DNA of 51,081 nt. Origin: an uncultured Bacteroides sp. GTDB lineage: Bacteria; Bacteroidota; Bacteroidia; Bacteroidales; Bacteroidaceae. Positions within the stretch are counted from its first letter, which is position 1, and each line of letters begins with the position of its first letter. The stretch is from the NCBI GenBank assembly GCA_964522975.1, contig CAZFXK010000004.1, forward strand, positions 6,258 to 57,338, written 5' to 3'. The notes below the pieces were generated by a model. It did no database searches, was not told the origin of the DNA, and was given only the letters and a program-made list of their open reading frames with translations. The translations under genes were made by a program, and so were the position numbers. This document shows, piece after piece, positions 40,432 through 50,070 of the stretch.

Positions 40432-40991
40432 ATTATTCCTTTTTAAGGTTGTTAATGCTACTGTGCTGTTGCCAGAAAGGCTAACTTGCCTAATAGATGC
40501 AACAAAGCAATATATCTACCAACATGGCTGTTTTGAAAATGAGATAAACTTTTTGTCAACTCTTATATCTAAAATAGAATATCCATAAGAAAAAAACATC
40601 TTAAAAAACTTTCATCTATTGTCTTTATTCTTTCTCTTTATCTTTATCTTTATCTAGTGACTAAAGATATACTTAATACATAGAGAATTAAAATTACACT
40701 ATAAAGTAAATTTACCTGAATTATTTTACAATTGCTTTAAATATGTTTTTTAAAATTCAATGTCAGAGAACTTAGTTTTCATATTTGATTCAAAAAATTC
40801 ATTGTATACACTACTAGCTATAACGTTTCTGATATTTTCAATGACTTCTAATGAAGTTATTCACGTTAATTAATGCACAATTAATATAATCATTTTAATA
40901 AAATTAAGGAGCAATTTCTTGCTTATTTCCTCAAATGCATTACGGTTATAAACAGATGATAATTAAGACCTCTTTTTATCCATTTTCAATT

Positions 40992-41068
40992 GGTCTGGGA
41001 CCGAGGCCTCATATAACCCAGACCTATGCCTGTTCGGTCTGGGACAAACCGACCTTGGGTCTGGGACC
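40992..41068. repeat. 4 x 22-bp lattice array, copy 3 (R-F-R-R)
   Basis: Cores GGTCTGGGACC (40992), TAACCCAGACC (41014), GGTCTGGGACA (41036), GGTCTGGGACC (41058); 11-bp spacers. Confidence 0.9.
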
Positions 41069-41178
41069 GATTAAATTGTCAGACTAAAGCGCTAAAAGAA
41101 GGACTTTCTTTTTACCTCTTTCTTTGATTGCTACCTTTAATACTTTTCTTAACTTTGCAGTTAATTTACTTGTTAACA

Positions 41179-41724
41179 ATGGAAGAGAAGAGCCAAGTTA
41201 TTTTCAATAAAAATGTAGTGGAATTTGTTACAGTTTCAGCAGAATATTGTGCTTTTATAGAACAAAATGAAATGTCTGATCCGCAAGAATACGTTACTAC
41301 ACTACTCAAAATATTACCTTTAATATACCTCAAGGCACTTCTACTGCCTGACAGTGAGCGAATGGGATTTGAAGACCCTGAAGTTCACGTAGACGAAATC
41401 ACTTATGAAATGATTCAATTAAATATCGCAAAGATATTAGGTCCTGACGATGATTATCTGGAAGTTTTTGTTCCGGATATGACTTATAGTGACCAACCCA
41501 TAAAACAGTGGATTTCTGAAGGTTTAGCAGATATTTATCAAGATCTTAAAAACTTTATATTTGTTTTTCAATTAGGACTTAATGAAATAATGAACGATGC
41601 ATTAGTCATTTGTAAGGAGAATTTTGAGTATTATTGGGGACAAAAACTGGTAAATACTTTACGTGCTTTACACAATGTAAAATATTCCTCTTCTTTAGAG
41701 GATGAGGATCAAGATTTTTGGTAA
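41179..41724 (+). CDS. Conserved Bacteroidetes protein (DUF5063-like)
   Basis: Start reassigned to ATG 41179 downstream of the -7 box TAacTTTG (41150-41157); 'NVVEFVTV', 'LPLIYLKA', 'ISEGLADIYQDLK', 'WGQKL..LRALH'. Confidence 0.7.
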   Translation: MEEKSQVIFNKNVVEFVTVSAEYCAFIEQNEMSDPQEYVTTLLKILPLIYLKALLLPDSERMGFEDPEVHVDEITYEMIQLNIAKILGPDDDYLEVFVPDMTYSDQPIKQWISEGLADIYQDLKNFIFVFQLGLNEIMNDALVICKENFEYYWGQKLVNTLRALHNVKYSSSLEDEDQDFW

Positions 41725-41768
41725 ATTAATACTCCTTACACAAAAAAACAAGAAAGGGTCTTTATTCA

Positions 41769-42407
41769 ATGATGATAATAAGAAAAAGCATAAAAAACGA
41801 AGAGATAAAAAATCTACCCAGAGCTATTTTTTCAGGAGAAATTAAAACCATCACTTCAGAAGAAGAAGTTATTAAGGCTTTAGATTTTCTTGCAAATCAT
41901 AGAACTGTGGGGATTGATAGTGAAACAAGACCTTCTTTTAAAAAAGGAAAAATGAACAAAGTTTCTCTTCTGCAAATATCCACATTGGATTGCTGTTATT
42001 TAATTAGGCTCAACCATACCGGATTAACACAACCTTTAATTGACTTTCTGGAAAATCCGGAAATAAAAAAAGTAGGACTCTCATTACATGATGATTTTTT
42101 AATGCTTCATAAACGCGCCCCTTTTGAAGAAAAAGGCTTTATTGATCTTCAAAAATATGTTCCTCAATTTGGCATTAAAGATCGTAGTTTACAAAAAATA
42201 TTTGCCATTCTTTTTAATCAAAGAATCTCTAAATCTCAACGGTTGTCAAACTGGGAACGACAAGAATTAACAGAATCACAAAAAAGATATGCAGCAACAG
42301 ATGCATGGGCCTCTCTAAAAATATACAACCTTCTGGAAGAGCTCAAAGAAAACGGAGAGTATGTCATTCAATCCATTCCTACTGACACAGAGTCAGAAAA
42401 CAATTAA
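41769..42407 (+). CDS. 3'-5' exonuclease (DEDDy, RNase D/WRN-like)
   Basis: 'VGIDSE', 'SLLQI', 'KKVG', 'SNWE...L...Q..YAATDAW'. Confidence 0.9.
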   Translation: MMIIRKSIKNEEIKNLPRAIFSGEIKTITSEEEVIKALDFLANHRTVGIDSETRPSFKKGKMNKVSLLQISTLDCCYLIRLNHTGLTQPLIDFLENPEIKKVGLSLHDDFLMLHKRAPFEEKGFIDLQKYVPQFGIKDRSLQKIFAILFNQRISKSQRLSNWERQELTESQKRYAATDAWASLKIYNLLEELKENGEYVIQSIPTDTESENN

Positions 42408-42438
42408 GTTGCAAAACATAAAGAAGACAATATAAAAC

Positions 42439-43626
42439 ATGGAATACCGCAAAGTATTTTTAAAACCCAAAAAAGAAGAGTCTTTAAAAAGATTTCATCC
42501 CTGGATTTTTTCCGGAGCCATTGCAAAAATAGAGGGAACACCCGAAGAAGGAGAGATTGTTGAAGTGTATACTTCAGAAAAACAATTCATCGCTTTAGGC
42601 CATTACCAAATAGGAAGCATTACCATACGCGTACTTTCTTTCCGGAAAGAAAAAATAGATTACAATTTCTGGAGAACAAAAATAGAACAGGCATATGCCA
42701 TGAGAAAAACCCTAGGTTTAGCTCCTACACCCCAAAACAACACATTCAGGTTAATTCATGGAGAAGGAGACGGACTACCCGGGCTAATCATTGACATATA
42801 CGATCATACTGCTATTATACAAGCACACTCGGTAGGTATGCATATGAATAGGAAACAAATTGCAGAGGTGCTTCTAGAGGTATTAGCCCCTACTGTTAAA
42901 TATATATTTTACAAATCGGAAACCACCCTTCCTTATAAAGCGGACTTAGTTGAAACCTCCGGTTTCCTAACTCAAAAAACAACAGAACATATAGGAATAG
43001 AAAACGGACTAAAGTTTCAAGTTGATTTTCTTAAAGGGCAAAAAACAGGTTTTTTCATTGATCAACGCGAAAATAGAGCTTTATTAGAGAAATATGCCTC
43101 CAATAGAAATGTATTAAATATGTTTTGTTATACAGGAGGATTCTCCTTTTATGCCATGCGTGGTGGAGCTAAGTTGGTGCATTCTTTAGACAGTTCTGCA
43201 AAAGCCATTGAACTTACAAATCAAAACATAGAGCTAAATTTCCCTAATGACGACAGACACCAATCGTTTGTAGAAGATGGATTCCGGTTTTTAGATGAAA
43301 TGCCTCAGAATAAATATGATTTAATTGTATTAGATCCTCCGGCATTTGCCAAACACAGAAAAAATCTCAGAAACGCATTACAAGGATACAAACGCTTAAA
43401 TGCAAAAGCAATAGAAAAAATTAAACCCGGAGGAATTCTATTCACCTTCTCTTGCTCACAAGTAGTAACCAAAGAGCAATTTAGAACTACGCTCTTTTCT
43501 GCTTCTGCCATAGCTAAACGGGAGGTTAGAATTCTGCATCAATTAACACAACCGGCCGATCATCCCATTAATATATATCATCCGGAAGGAGAATACCTAA
43601 AAGGTCTTGTACTCTACGTTGAATAG
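42439..43626 (+). CDS. rlmI: 23S rRNA m5C1962 methyltransferase RlmI family
   Basis: PUA 'HPWIFSGAI', 'GEGDGLPGL', 'GQKTGFFIDQRENR', 'FCYTGGFS', 'LDPPAF', 'FSCS'. Confidence 0.88.
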   Translation: MEYRKVFLKPKKEESLKRFHPWIFSGAIAKIEGTPEEGEIVEVYTSEKQFIALGHYQIGSITIRVLSFRKEKIDYNFWRTKIEQAYAMRKTLGLAPTPQNNTFRLIHGEGDGLPGLIIDIYDHTAIIQAHSVGMHMNRKQIAEVLLEVLAPTVKYIFYKSETTLPYKADLVETSGFLTQKTTEHIGIENGLKFQVDFLKGQKTGFFIDQRENRALLEKYASNRNVLNMFCYTGGFSFYAMRGGAKLVHSLDSSAKAIELTNQNIELNFPNDDRHQSFVEDGFRFLDEMPQNKYDLIVLDPPAFAKHRKNLRNALQGYKRLNAKAIEKIKPGGILFTFSCSQVVTKEQFRTTLFSASAIAKREVRILHQLTQPADHPINIYHPEGEYLKGLVLYVE

Positions 43627-43664
43627 TTAAAATACAATAATAACAAGAAAATTACAGCTACTGA

Positions 43665-43697
43665 TTTGTGTTGTATAACATAAAAAGTTTATCTTTG
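43665..43697 (+). promoter_or_regulatory. Bacteroides -33/-7 promoter of sRNA copy 3
   Basis: TTTG (43665-43668), 21-nt spacer, TAtcTTTG (43690-43697). Confidence 0.75.
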
Positions 43698-43701
43698 CAG
43701 T

Positions 43702-43768
43702 GTGTTTTTCATGGTATTAGATTTAAGGTTAATGAAGATTGATTGTCGCGAGGCAATCAATTTTTTTC
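43702..43768 (+). ncRNA. Paralogous small RNA copy 3 (FopS-like candidate)
   Basis: Core GTGTTTTTCATGGTATTAGATTTAAGGTTAA; hairpin GATTGATTGTC-GCGA-GGCAATCAATT plus T7. Confidence 0.78.
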
Positions 43769-43911
43769 ATTTTAAACCAAAGCAGAGAGTAAATATATTT
43801 CTAAATTCCACTCTAAAAATCCCCTAAAAATTCTATTCCTATGTGTATTTACAAATAATCACGTATATTTGTATACATTGCATGGCAACAGATAACTAAA
43901 ACTTATAAGAT

Positions 43912-45147
43912 ATGAAAAGCATAAAGATTCGCTTAATAATTATGAACTTTCTTCAATATGCAATTTGGGGATCATGGTTAATCTCTTTAGGAGCGTATTT
44001 AGGTGGAGAATTAAACTTTTCAGGAAAACAAATAGGAAGTTTCTTCGCAACTATGGGAATTGCCTCTCTCTTTATGCCAGCCTTAATGGGCATAATTGCA
44101 GACCGATGGGTTCAAGCTCAACGGTTGTTAGGGATATGCCATTTAATTGCCGGTGCTTTTATGATCATTGCAGCACCTCAAACCGGTTATACCCCTCTTT
44201 ATGCTCTTATTCTTTGTAGTGTTTTATTTTACATGCCTACCATATCACTCTCCAACTCTGTGGCATATAGCTCATTGGGAAAAGCGAATTTAGATACGGT
44301 TAAGCACTTTCCACCCATTAGGGTATGGGGGACTGTTGGGTTTATATGTGCCATGATACTTGTTGATCTATTAGGGTTTACCCGTTCACCAAATCAACTC
44401 TATTTCTCAGCAATCCTCTCTTTCATTTTAGGTATCTATTCCTTTACCCTTCCACAAAGTGAGGTTAGCAAAGTAGAAAAAAGTCAATCGTGGGTTGATG
44501 CCATGGGACTTAGAGCGTTTGCTCTATTTAAAGAAAAAAGGATGGCCATCTTCTTCATTTTCTGTATGTTTTTAGGGGTATCTCTACAAATCACCAATGC
44601 TTTTGCTAATGATTATTTAACTAACCATTTTGGAACAATGGAAATCTATCAGGGTACGTTTGGTGTTGAACATGCAAATATATTAATTTCTCTCTCTCAG
44701 CTTTCAGAAACCCTTTGCATACTATTAATTCCTTTTTTCCTTAAACGGTTTGGCATTAAGATTGTTATGCTAATTAGTATGTTGGCGTGGGTTCTTCGGT
44801 TTGGACTGTTGGGCGCCGGAAATCCGGGCAGTGGAGTGTGGATGCTTATTTTATCCATGCTTGTTTATGGTGTTGCTTTCGATTTTTTCAACATATCGGG
44901 TTCGCTATACGTAGATCAGGAAACCAGCCCCTCAATTCGTTCTAGCGCACAAGGGGTATTTATGATAATGACTAATGGCTTTGGAGCTCTTATAGGATCT
45001 TATGCAGCAGGATTTGTAGTTGACCACGTGGGTTGGCCCAATTCTTGGTATGTATTTGCAGGTTATGCTTTAATTGTTGCCGTATTATTTGCTTTGATAT
45101 TTAAGCATAAACACAATCCGGAAGAAATCCCAGACCAGATAATATAA
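43912..45147 (+). CDS. MFS nucleoside:H+ symporter (NupG/XapB-like)
   Basis: 'MNFLQYAIWGSW', 'GIIADRW', 'FPPIRVWGTVGFI', 'SQLSE', 'FDFFNISG', 'SAQG'. Confidence 0.9.
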   Translation: MKSIKIRLIIMNFLQYAIWGSWLISLGAYLGGELNFSGKQIGSFFATMGIASLFMPALMGIIADRWVQAQRLLGICHLIAGAFMIIAAPQTGYTPLYALILCSVLFYMPTISLSNSVAYSSLGKANLDTVKHFPPIRVWGTVGFICAMILVDLLGFTRSPNQLYFSAILSFILGIYSFTLPQSEVSKVEKSQSWVDAMGLRAFALFKEKRMAIFFIFCMFLGVSLQITNAFANDYLTNHFGTMEIYQGTFGVEHANILISLSQLSETLCILLIPFFLKRFGIKIVMLISMLAWVLRFGLLGAGNPGSGVWMLILSMLVYGVAFDFFNISGSLYVDQETSPSIRSSAQGVFMIMTNGFGALIGSYAAGFVVDHVGWPNSWYVFAGYALIVAVLFALIFKHKHNPEEIPDQII

Positions 45148-45155
45148 CTAGAATT

Positions 45156-45716
45156 ATGGACAAAGAAGTAGAAATTGTAGTTCAGCAGATAGCAGACAGC
45201 CAAATAGAAATTGGTGCATATGCTTTAATCCTCAAAGAAAGAAAGGGTGACCGCAATTTGGTTATTATTATTGGAACACCCGAAGCTCAATCCATAACCT
45301 TGAAAATTGCAGGCATTCAATCTCAACGTCCTTTAACTCACGATTTGTTAAAAGCAGTAATTGATCATTTAAACGCTGCAGTACAAAAAGTTTTAATCTA
45401 TAAATCAGAAAAAGGAATCTATCATTCTTATATCTTTTTAGAAAAAGAAAATAAGGAAACTATACAGATTGATTCGCGCACATCGGATGCCATTGCTTTA
45501 GCATTGCGATGTAATGTGCCCATTTACATTTATGAATCAATTCTAGAAAGAGAAAAAATTCAAATAACTAAAGAAACAAAACCACAAAGTACAATAAAAG
45601 AACAGACCTCCTTAGAATCGTTGGAGGAAGCATTAAATAAAGCGGTAGAGGAAGAAAATTATGAACTAGCATCTGTACTGAGAGATAAAATTGAAAGAAT
45701 AAAATCTCAACAATAG
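45156..45716 (+). CDS. Bifunctional nuclease (DUF151) with C-terminal UVR domain
   Basis: 'IIIG..EAQSI', 'RPLTHDL', 'IDSRTSDAIALA', 'L..AV..ENYELAS.LRD'. Confidence 0.9.
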   Translation: MDKEVEIVVQQIADSQIEIGAYALILKERKGDRNLVIIIGTPEAQSITLKIAGIQSQRPLTHDLLKAVIDHLNAAVQKVLIYKSEKGIYHSYIFLEKENKETIQIDSRTSDAIALALRCNVPIYIYESILEREKIQITKETKPQSTIKEQTSLESLEEALNKAVEEENYELASVLRDKIERIKSQQ

Positions 45717-45717
45717 T

Positions 45718-46416
45718 ATGCAAATATTCTACGCCCCGAATATAACTACAAGCTTAGAACTTCCTGAAAGCGAAGCAAAGCATTGTACACAGGTTTTGCG
45801 CCTCCAAGAGGGAGATACCATCACAATTACTGATGGGCAAGGTTTTTTTTATGAAGCCACTCTTACTGTTGCGAGCAAAAAAAAATGCAGAGTCAGAATA
45901 GATCGAACAATTGAGGTGGAAAAACTCTACCCTAACCATCTACATATAGCAATAGCACCAACAAAACGGATGGAGCGTATGGAGTGGTGGGTGGAAAAGG
46001 CAACCGAAATTGGCATTGATGAAATTTCGTTCTTAAACACCCAATTTTCTGAACGACGCTCAATTAACTTAGAGCGAATAGAAAAAAAAGTTATCTCAGC
46101 TACAAAACAATCGTTAAAAGCACATCTACCTAAAATAAATCCAATGATGGATTTCCACGAGTTCATAAAACAAAATTTCAAAGAACAAAAGTTCATAGCA
46201 CACTGTTATCCTACTGAAAAGGAACTTTTGAAAAAAGCATTACACCCCCATACAGATACCGTCATTTTAATTGGCCCGGAAGGGGATTTCAGTGAAGAGG
46301 AAGTATTAATGGCCACTGATAAAGGTTATATTCCCATTACTTTAGGAGAAGCCAGACTTAGGACTGAAACAGCCGCATTAGTTGCTACTCACACTTTTGC
46401 ACTAATTAATCAATAG
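45718..46416 (+). CDS. rsmE: 16S rRNA m3U1498 methyltransferase
   Basis: 'H..QVLR', 'EKATEIG', 'IGPEGDFS', 'LG..RLRTETA'. Confidence 0.95.
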   Translation: MQIFYAPNITTSLELPESEAKHCTQVLRLQEGDTITITDGQGFFYEATLTVASKKKCRVRIDRTIEVEKLYPNHLHIAIAPTKRMERMEWWVEKATEIGIDEISFLNTQFSERRSINLERIEKKVISATKQSLKAHLPKINPMMDFHEFIKQNFKEQKFIAHCYPTEKELLKKALHPHTDTVILIGPEGDFSEEEVLMATDKGYIPITLGEARLRTETAALVATHTFALINQ

Positions 46417-46452
46417 AAATCATAAATAAAATAATTTAATTCAACATTTCTT

Positions 46453-48042
46453 ATGAAAGCAACTTTAAATAAAGTCATAAAATATTCACTCATTACTTTT
46501 ATAATGGTAATGATGGCCTCCTGCTCAGGAACTAAAAAATTCATGTATTCTATTCCTGCTGATACAAATGAAATATTTGCTGTAAAGATGAATACGATTG
46601 TAGAAAAAACAGGCATTCATAAAAAGAAAAACAAAGAATTGAAACAGCAAATCTTAGAAACCATAAAAAAAGAAATAACTGCTGATGATTTTAAGCAAAT
46701 AGAAAACATAATAAACGATTTGTCTAAATCGGGAATAGATACTAAAGAACCCCTCTATTTCTTCAATGCCCCATCTTTAGCTTATCGTACCATTGCAGGC
46801 AATCTTAAAAGTCAGAAAAAATTAAAAAAGACACTCTCATTACTCGAAAAGCACAACTTATGTGAACCTTTAGTTGAAGAAAAACCTTATTTCCACACCG
46901 TTTTAGCCAATAACCTATTTATTATATTTGACAAAAAAACAGTTTTACTAATCCATTCTCCTTCCAAAAAAACAGAAGCAGCAAAGAAACAAGCTCTTAG
47001 CTTATTTACATTACCCAAAGAAGAAAGCATCGTTAAGGGAAAAGCAAAGTCGTTTAAGGAATTCAGACAAAAAGATAAAGATCTTGTATTCTACAGTTCA
47101 GCTGAAAACATACCCACTGCATACAAGCGACAAATAGAAAAAATAATAGGAAAAAAAATTGAGTTTGAAAACATTGGACTCATTGGAACCATTCATTTTG
47201 AAAAAGGAGAGACTCATTTAACTTTACAGTTTGACTCTGAAGAACTCAACTTATTAGCCAAAAACAACACAAATATTAAACCATTAAAAGGCAATTTATT
47301 AAACCTATTCCCTTCGAATACCATTGCGCTTTTTAATATGGGCATTAATGGAAAAGCAATCTATAAAAACTTAATGGATCAAGAGAATCCTCCCAAAGAG
47401 CTGTTTGAAACAGAAATAAAAGACTTCATTGAATCCCTAAATGGAGATATCAGCATTGGAGCTTTCACAATGGGTTTAGATAAGGCTAAACCTAATTTTC
47501 TGGCACTTATTGAAGCAAATAGCAAGAATATAAAGTTAGATTCACTCTTTTCAGATAAAAACCACCTCAATCTAAAAAGGAATGAAAAAATCATAAAACT
47601 AAAAGAGAATGAATTTTTATGGAGAAACTTTAAACTGAATAACCCTCTTTCTCAATATCTTTCCAAAGATTTATTCCTTGGCCTAAAAGATGATTATATC
47701 TATATAACCAACAATGAATTAATATATAAGGACATGGGAGAAAAGATTGACAAAACGATGAAAGGGTCTGCTTTGACTTCAAACCTAAAAGGTAAACTAT
47801 TTTATACCACATTCAATATTGAAGAGATTTTAGATCTTCCTTTCATCAAAGTATTAACCTTATTTGGAGGAGATGAGGCAAAACAGATGGTAGATAAAAT
47901 CTCTCATTTCACGCATCTTGAAATTCTAAACGAAAATAAGAGTAATACCATAGAAGTAAACCTTTATCAAAAAGAATCCAAGCAAACCTTATTGGAGCTT
48001 TTTCTTGATGATTTAATTCGTTCCTTACCTATTGCACAATGA
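46453..48042 (+). CDS. Lipoprotein (DUF4836-like)
   Basis: Lipobox 'MASC'; 'SIPAD', 'SGID.KEPLYFF'; first gene of an overlapping ABC cassette. Confidence 0.65.
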   Translation: MKATLNKVIKYSLITFIMVMMASCSGTKKFMYSIPADTNEIFAVKMNTIVEKTGIHKKKNKELKQQILETIKKEITADDFKQIENIINDLSKSGIDTKEPLYFFNAPSLAYRTIAGNLKSQKKLKKTLSLLEKHNLCEPLVEEKPYFHTVLANNLFIIFDKKTVLLIHSPSKKTEAAKKQALSLFTLPKEESIVKGKAKSFKEFRQKDKDLVFYSSAENIPTAYKRQIEKIIGKKIEFENIGLIGTIHFEKGETHLTLQFDSEELNLLAKNNTNIKPLKGNLLNLFPSNTIALFNMGINGKAIYKNLMDQENPPKELFETEIKDFIESLNGDISIGAFTMGLDKAKPNFLALIEANSKNIKLDSLFSDKNHLNLKRNEKIIKLKENEFLWRNFKLNNPLSQYLSKDLFLGLKDDYIYITNNELIYKDMGEKIDKTMKGSALTSNLKGKLFYTTFNIEEILDLPFIKVLTLFGGDEAKQMVDKISHFTHLEILNENKSNTIEVNLYQKESKQTLLELFLDDLIRSLPIAQ

Positions 48043-48686
48043 TAGAATACATTGAATTAAAAAACTTACTCCCTGAAGCATTTAAACAACAAGATAAAAT
48101 TGAATCGGATGTTTGGCATCAGGTGATGCGTTTTGATAAGAAAAAAATTTATTTAATTAAGGCTGTATCCGGTGCCGGTAAATCCTCCTTATGTGCTTAT
48201 CTCTATGGGGAAAGAACGGATTATCAGGGTATAATTACATTCAATGGCAATAATATATCTACATTTACTGATAAACAATGGGTTGATATCAGAAGAAAAC
48301 ATTTAAGCATCACTTTTCAGGATTTAAGATTATTCCCGGAACTTACTGCCATTGAGAACATACAGATAAAAAATAACCTTACACATCATAAAAAGAAAAA
48401 AGAGATTTTAAGCTGGTTTGAACAATTAGATTTAGATCAACATATGAATCACCCGGTGGGAAAATTATCTTTTGGACAACAACAACGTGTAGCGTTTATA
48501 AGATCATTATGTCAGCCTTTTGATTTCATCTTGTTAGATGAACCAGTGAGTCATCTGGATCAAAACAATGCTAACATAATGGCAAAAATCTTAATAGAAG
48601 AGTTTGAGAAAAAATCCTTCGGCATCATCATAACATCTATTGGTAAGGATTTGGAACTTCCTTACGATTATATAATGAGTCTATGA
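48039..48686 (+). CDS. ABC transporter ATP-binding protein
   Basis: 'AVSGAGKSS', Q-loop 'FQDLRLF', signature 'LSFGQQQRVA', 'LLDEP'; ATGA overlaps on both sides. Confidence 0.9.
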   Translation: MIEYIELKNLLPEAFKQQDKIESDVWHQVMRFDKKKIYLIKAVSGAGKSSLCAYLYGERTDYQGIITFNGNNISTFTDKQWVDIRRKHLSITFQDLRLFPELTAIENIQIKNNLTHHKKKKEILSWFEQLDLDQHMNHPVGKLSFGQQQRVAFIRSLCQPFDFILLDEPVSHLDQNNANIMAKILIEEFEKKSFGIIITSIGKDLELPYDYIMSL

Positions 48687-49885
48687 AACTTATTTGGAAA
48701 CTTTTTAAAAAACCGATTAGTTTAAGTCAAATCATTGGTTTTATATTGGCTAACATCATTGGTACAACCATTATTTTATTAAGTATACAATTTTATAGGG
48801 ATATAACGCCGGTATTAACCGGTAGTGACTCTTTTATGGGGCAGAACTATATGGTTGTGACTAAAAAGGTAAGCACTTTAGGTTCAATCTCCGGAAGTAA
48901 TAACTTATTTACAAAAGAAGAGATTAAAGAACTAAAAAAACAGGATTTCTGTAATAAAGTAGGTGTTTTCACCCCTTCTTTATTTAAGGTTTATGCCGGC
49001 CTCACTCTTGAAAGTAAAGGAATTCGGTTTGGTACTGATATGTTTTTTGAATCTGTACCTGATGATTTCATCGATGTGCCCCTAAACGATTGGCATTTTA
49101 ATCCGGAATCCGAAGATAGAATTATTCCTATCATTCTTCCTAAAAATTATTTGAACTTATACAATTTTGGGTTTGCTGAGAGTCGTAATCTACCTAAGCT
49201 ATCCGAAGGATTAATAGGAATGATTCAATTAGACATACAATTAACAGGAAATGGGCAAAGAGATTCATTCAAAGGGAATATCATAGGTTTTTCAGATAGA
49301 TTAAACACCATATTAGTTCCCCAACAGTTTATGAAGTGGGCGAACGAAAAATTCAGCACAGAAAAAGATAGAGATCCATCTCGCATCATCATAGAGGTAG
49401 ATCAACCGTCCAACTCCCTCATAGCTGATTACTTTCAAACGAAAGGGTACGAAGCTGAGTCTGGAGCTTTAGATGAAAGTAAAACGACCTACTTCCTAAA
49501 GGTCCTTATTGGCATCGTTTTGTTCATAGGATTATTAATAAGCTTATTATCTCTATATATACTTTTACTGAGTATTTTCTTATTAATCCAAAAAAGCACA
49601 GAAAAAATAAAGAATCTCCTATTAATAGGTTACACTTCTACACAATTGGCTATTCCCTACCAGATTCTAATGATAATATCGAATATTCTGGTCTTTGCTT
49701 TTTCTCTAGGAGTTATGTATAACTTAAGAAAGCTTTATATTACAGAGTTAGAACCCATACTACCTACTTTATCGAAGAGTTTTCCGATGGACATTATTAT
49801 TATTGCAGGACTTCTATTATTAGCCATAATACTCATAAACAGCATATTGATTAAAGGGCGCATTAAGAGCATTGAAAAAATCTAG
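48683..49885 (+). CDS. ABC transporter permease (FtsX/MacB-like topology)
   Basis: 1 TM, large periplasmic domain, then 3 TM; 'LLLIGY' motif; coupled to the ATPase. Confidence 0.8.
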   Translation: MKLIWKLFKKPISLSQIIGFILANIIGTTIILLSIQFYRDITPVLTGSDSFMGQNYMVVTKKVSTLGSISGSNNLFTKEEIKELKKQDFCNKVGVFTPSLFKVYAGLTLESKGIRFGTDMFFESVPDDFIDVPLNDWHFNPESEDRIIPIILPKNYLNLYNFGFAESRNLPKLSEGLIGMIQLDIQLTGNGQRDSFKGNIIGFSDRLNTILVPQQFMKWANEKFSTEKDRDPSRIIIEVDQPSNSLIADYFQTKGYEAESGALDESKTTYFLKVLIGIVLFIGLLISLLSLYILLLSIFLLIQKSTEKIKNLLLIGYTSTQLAIPYQILMIISNILVFAFSLGVMYNLRKLYITELEPILPTLSKSFPMDIIIIAGLLLLAIILINSILIKGRIKSIEKI

Positions 49886-49956
49886 TAAGGAATTAAGAAT
49901 ATCCTTATTGAAAATAAGCACACATAATCTATAAATATTTTTTCTATCTAAGAAAC

Positions 49957-50011
49957 ATTAATACACTAGCCATCTTTTGACATTTTATAATCAAAAGGAG
50001 CTAGTGTTAAT
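49957..50011. terminator. Imperfect hairpin between convergent genes
   Basis: ATTAATACACTAGC..CTTTTGA / TCAAAAG..GCTAGTGTTAAT. Confidence 0.55.
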
Positions 50012-50070
50012 AACCTGAAATTTTATCTAACAGTATTCCCATATTGAATCCATGGGTAACATAATATCTT

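Noticed and set aside
40637-40654. (TTTATC)3 microsatellite
   Set aside because: Only three units in very AT-rich non-coding DNA; expected by chance
41128-41178. Upstream TTG start of the DUF5063-like ORF
   Set aside because: The extension contains the promoter -7 box; ATG 41179 is more plausible
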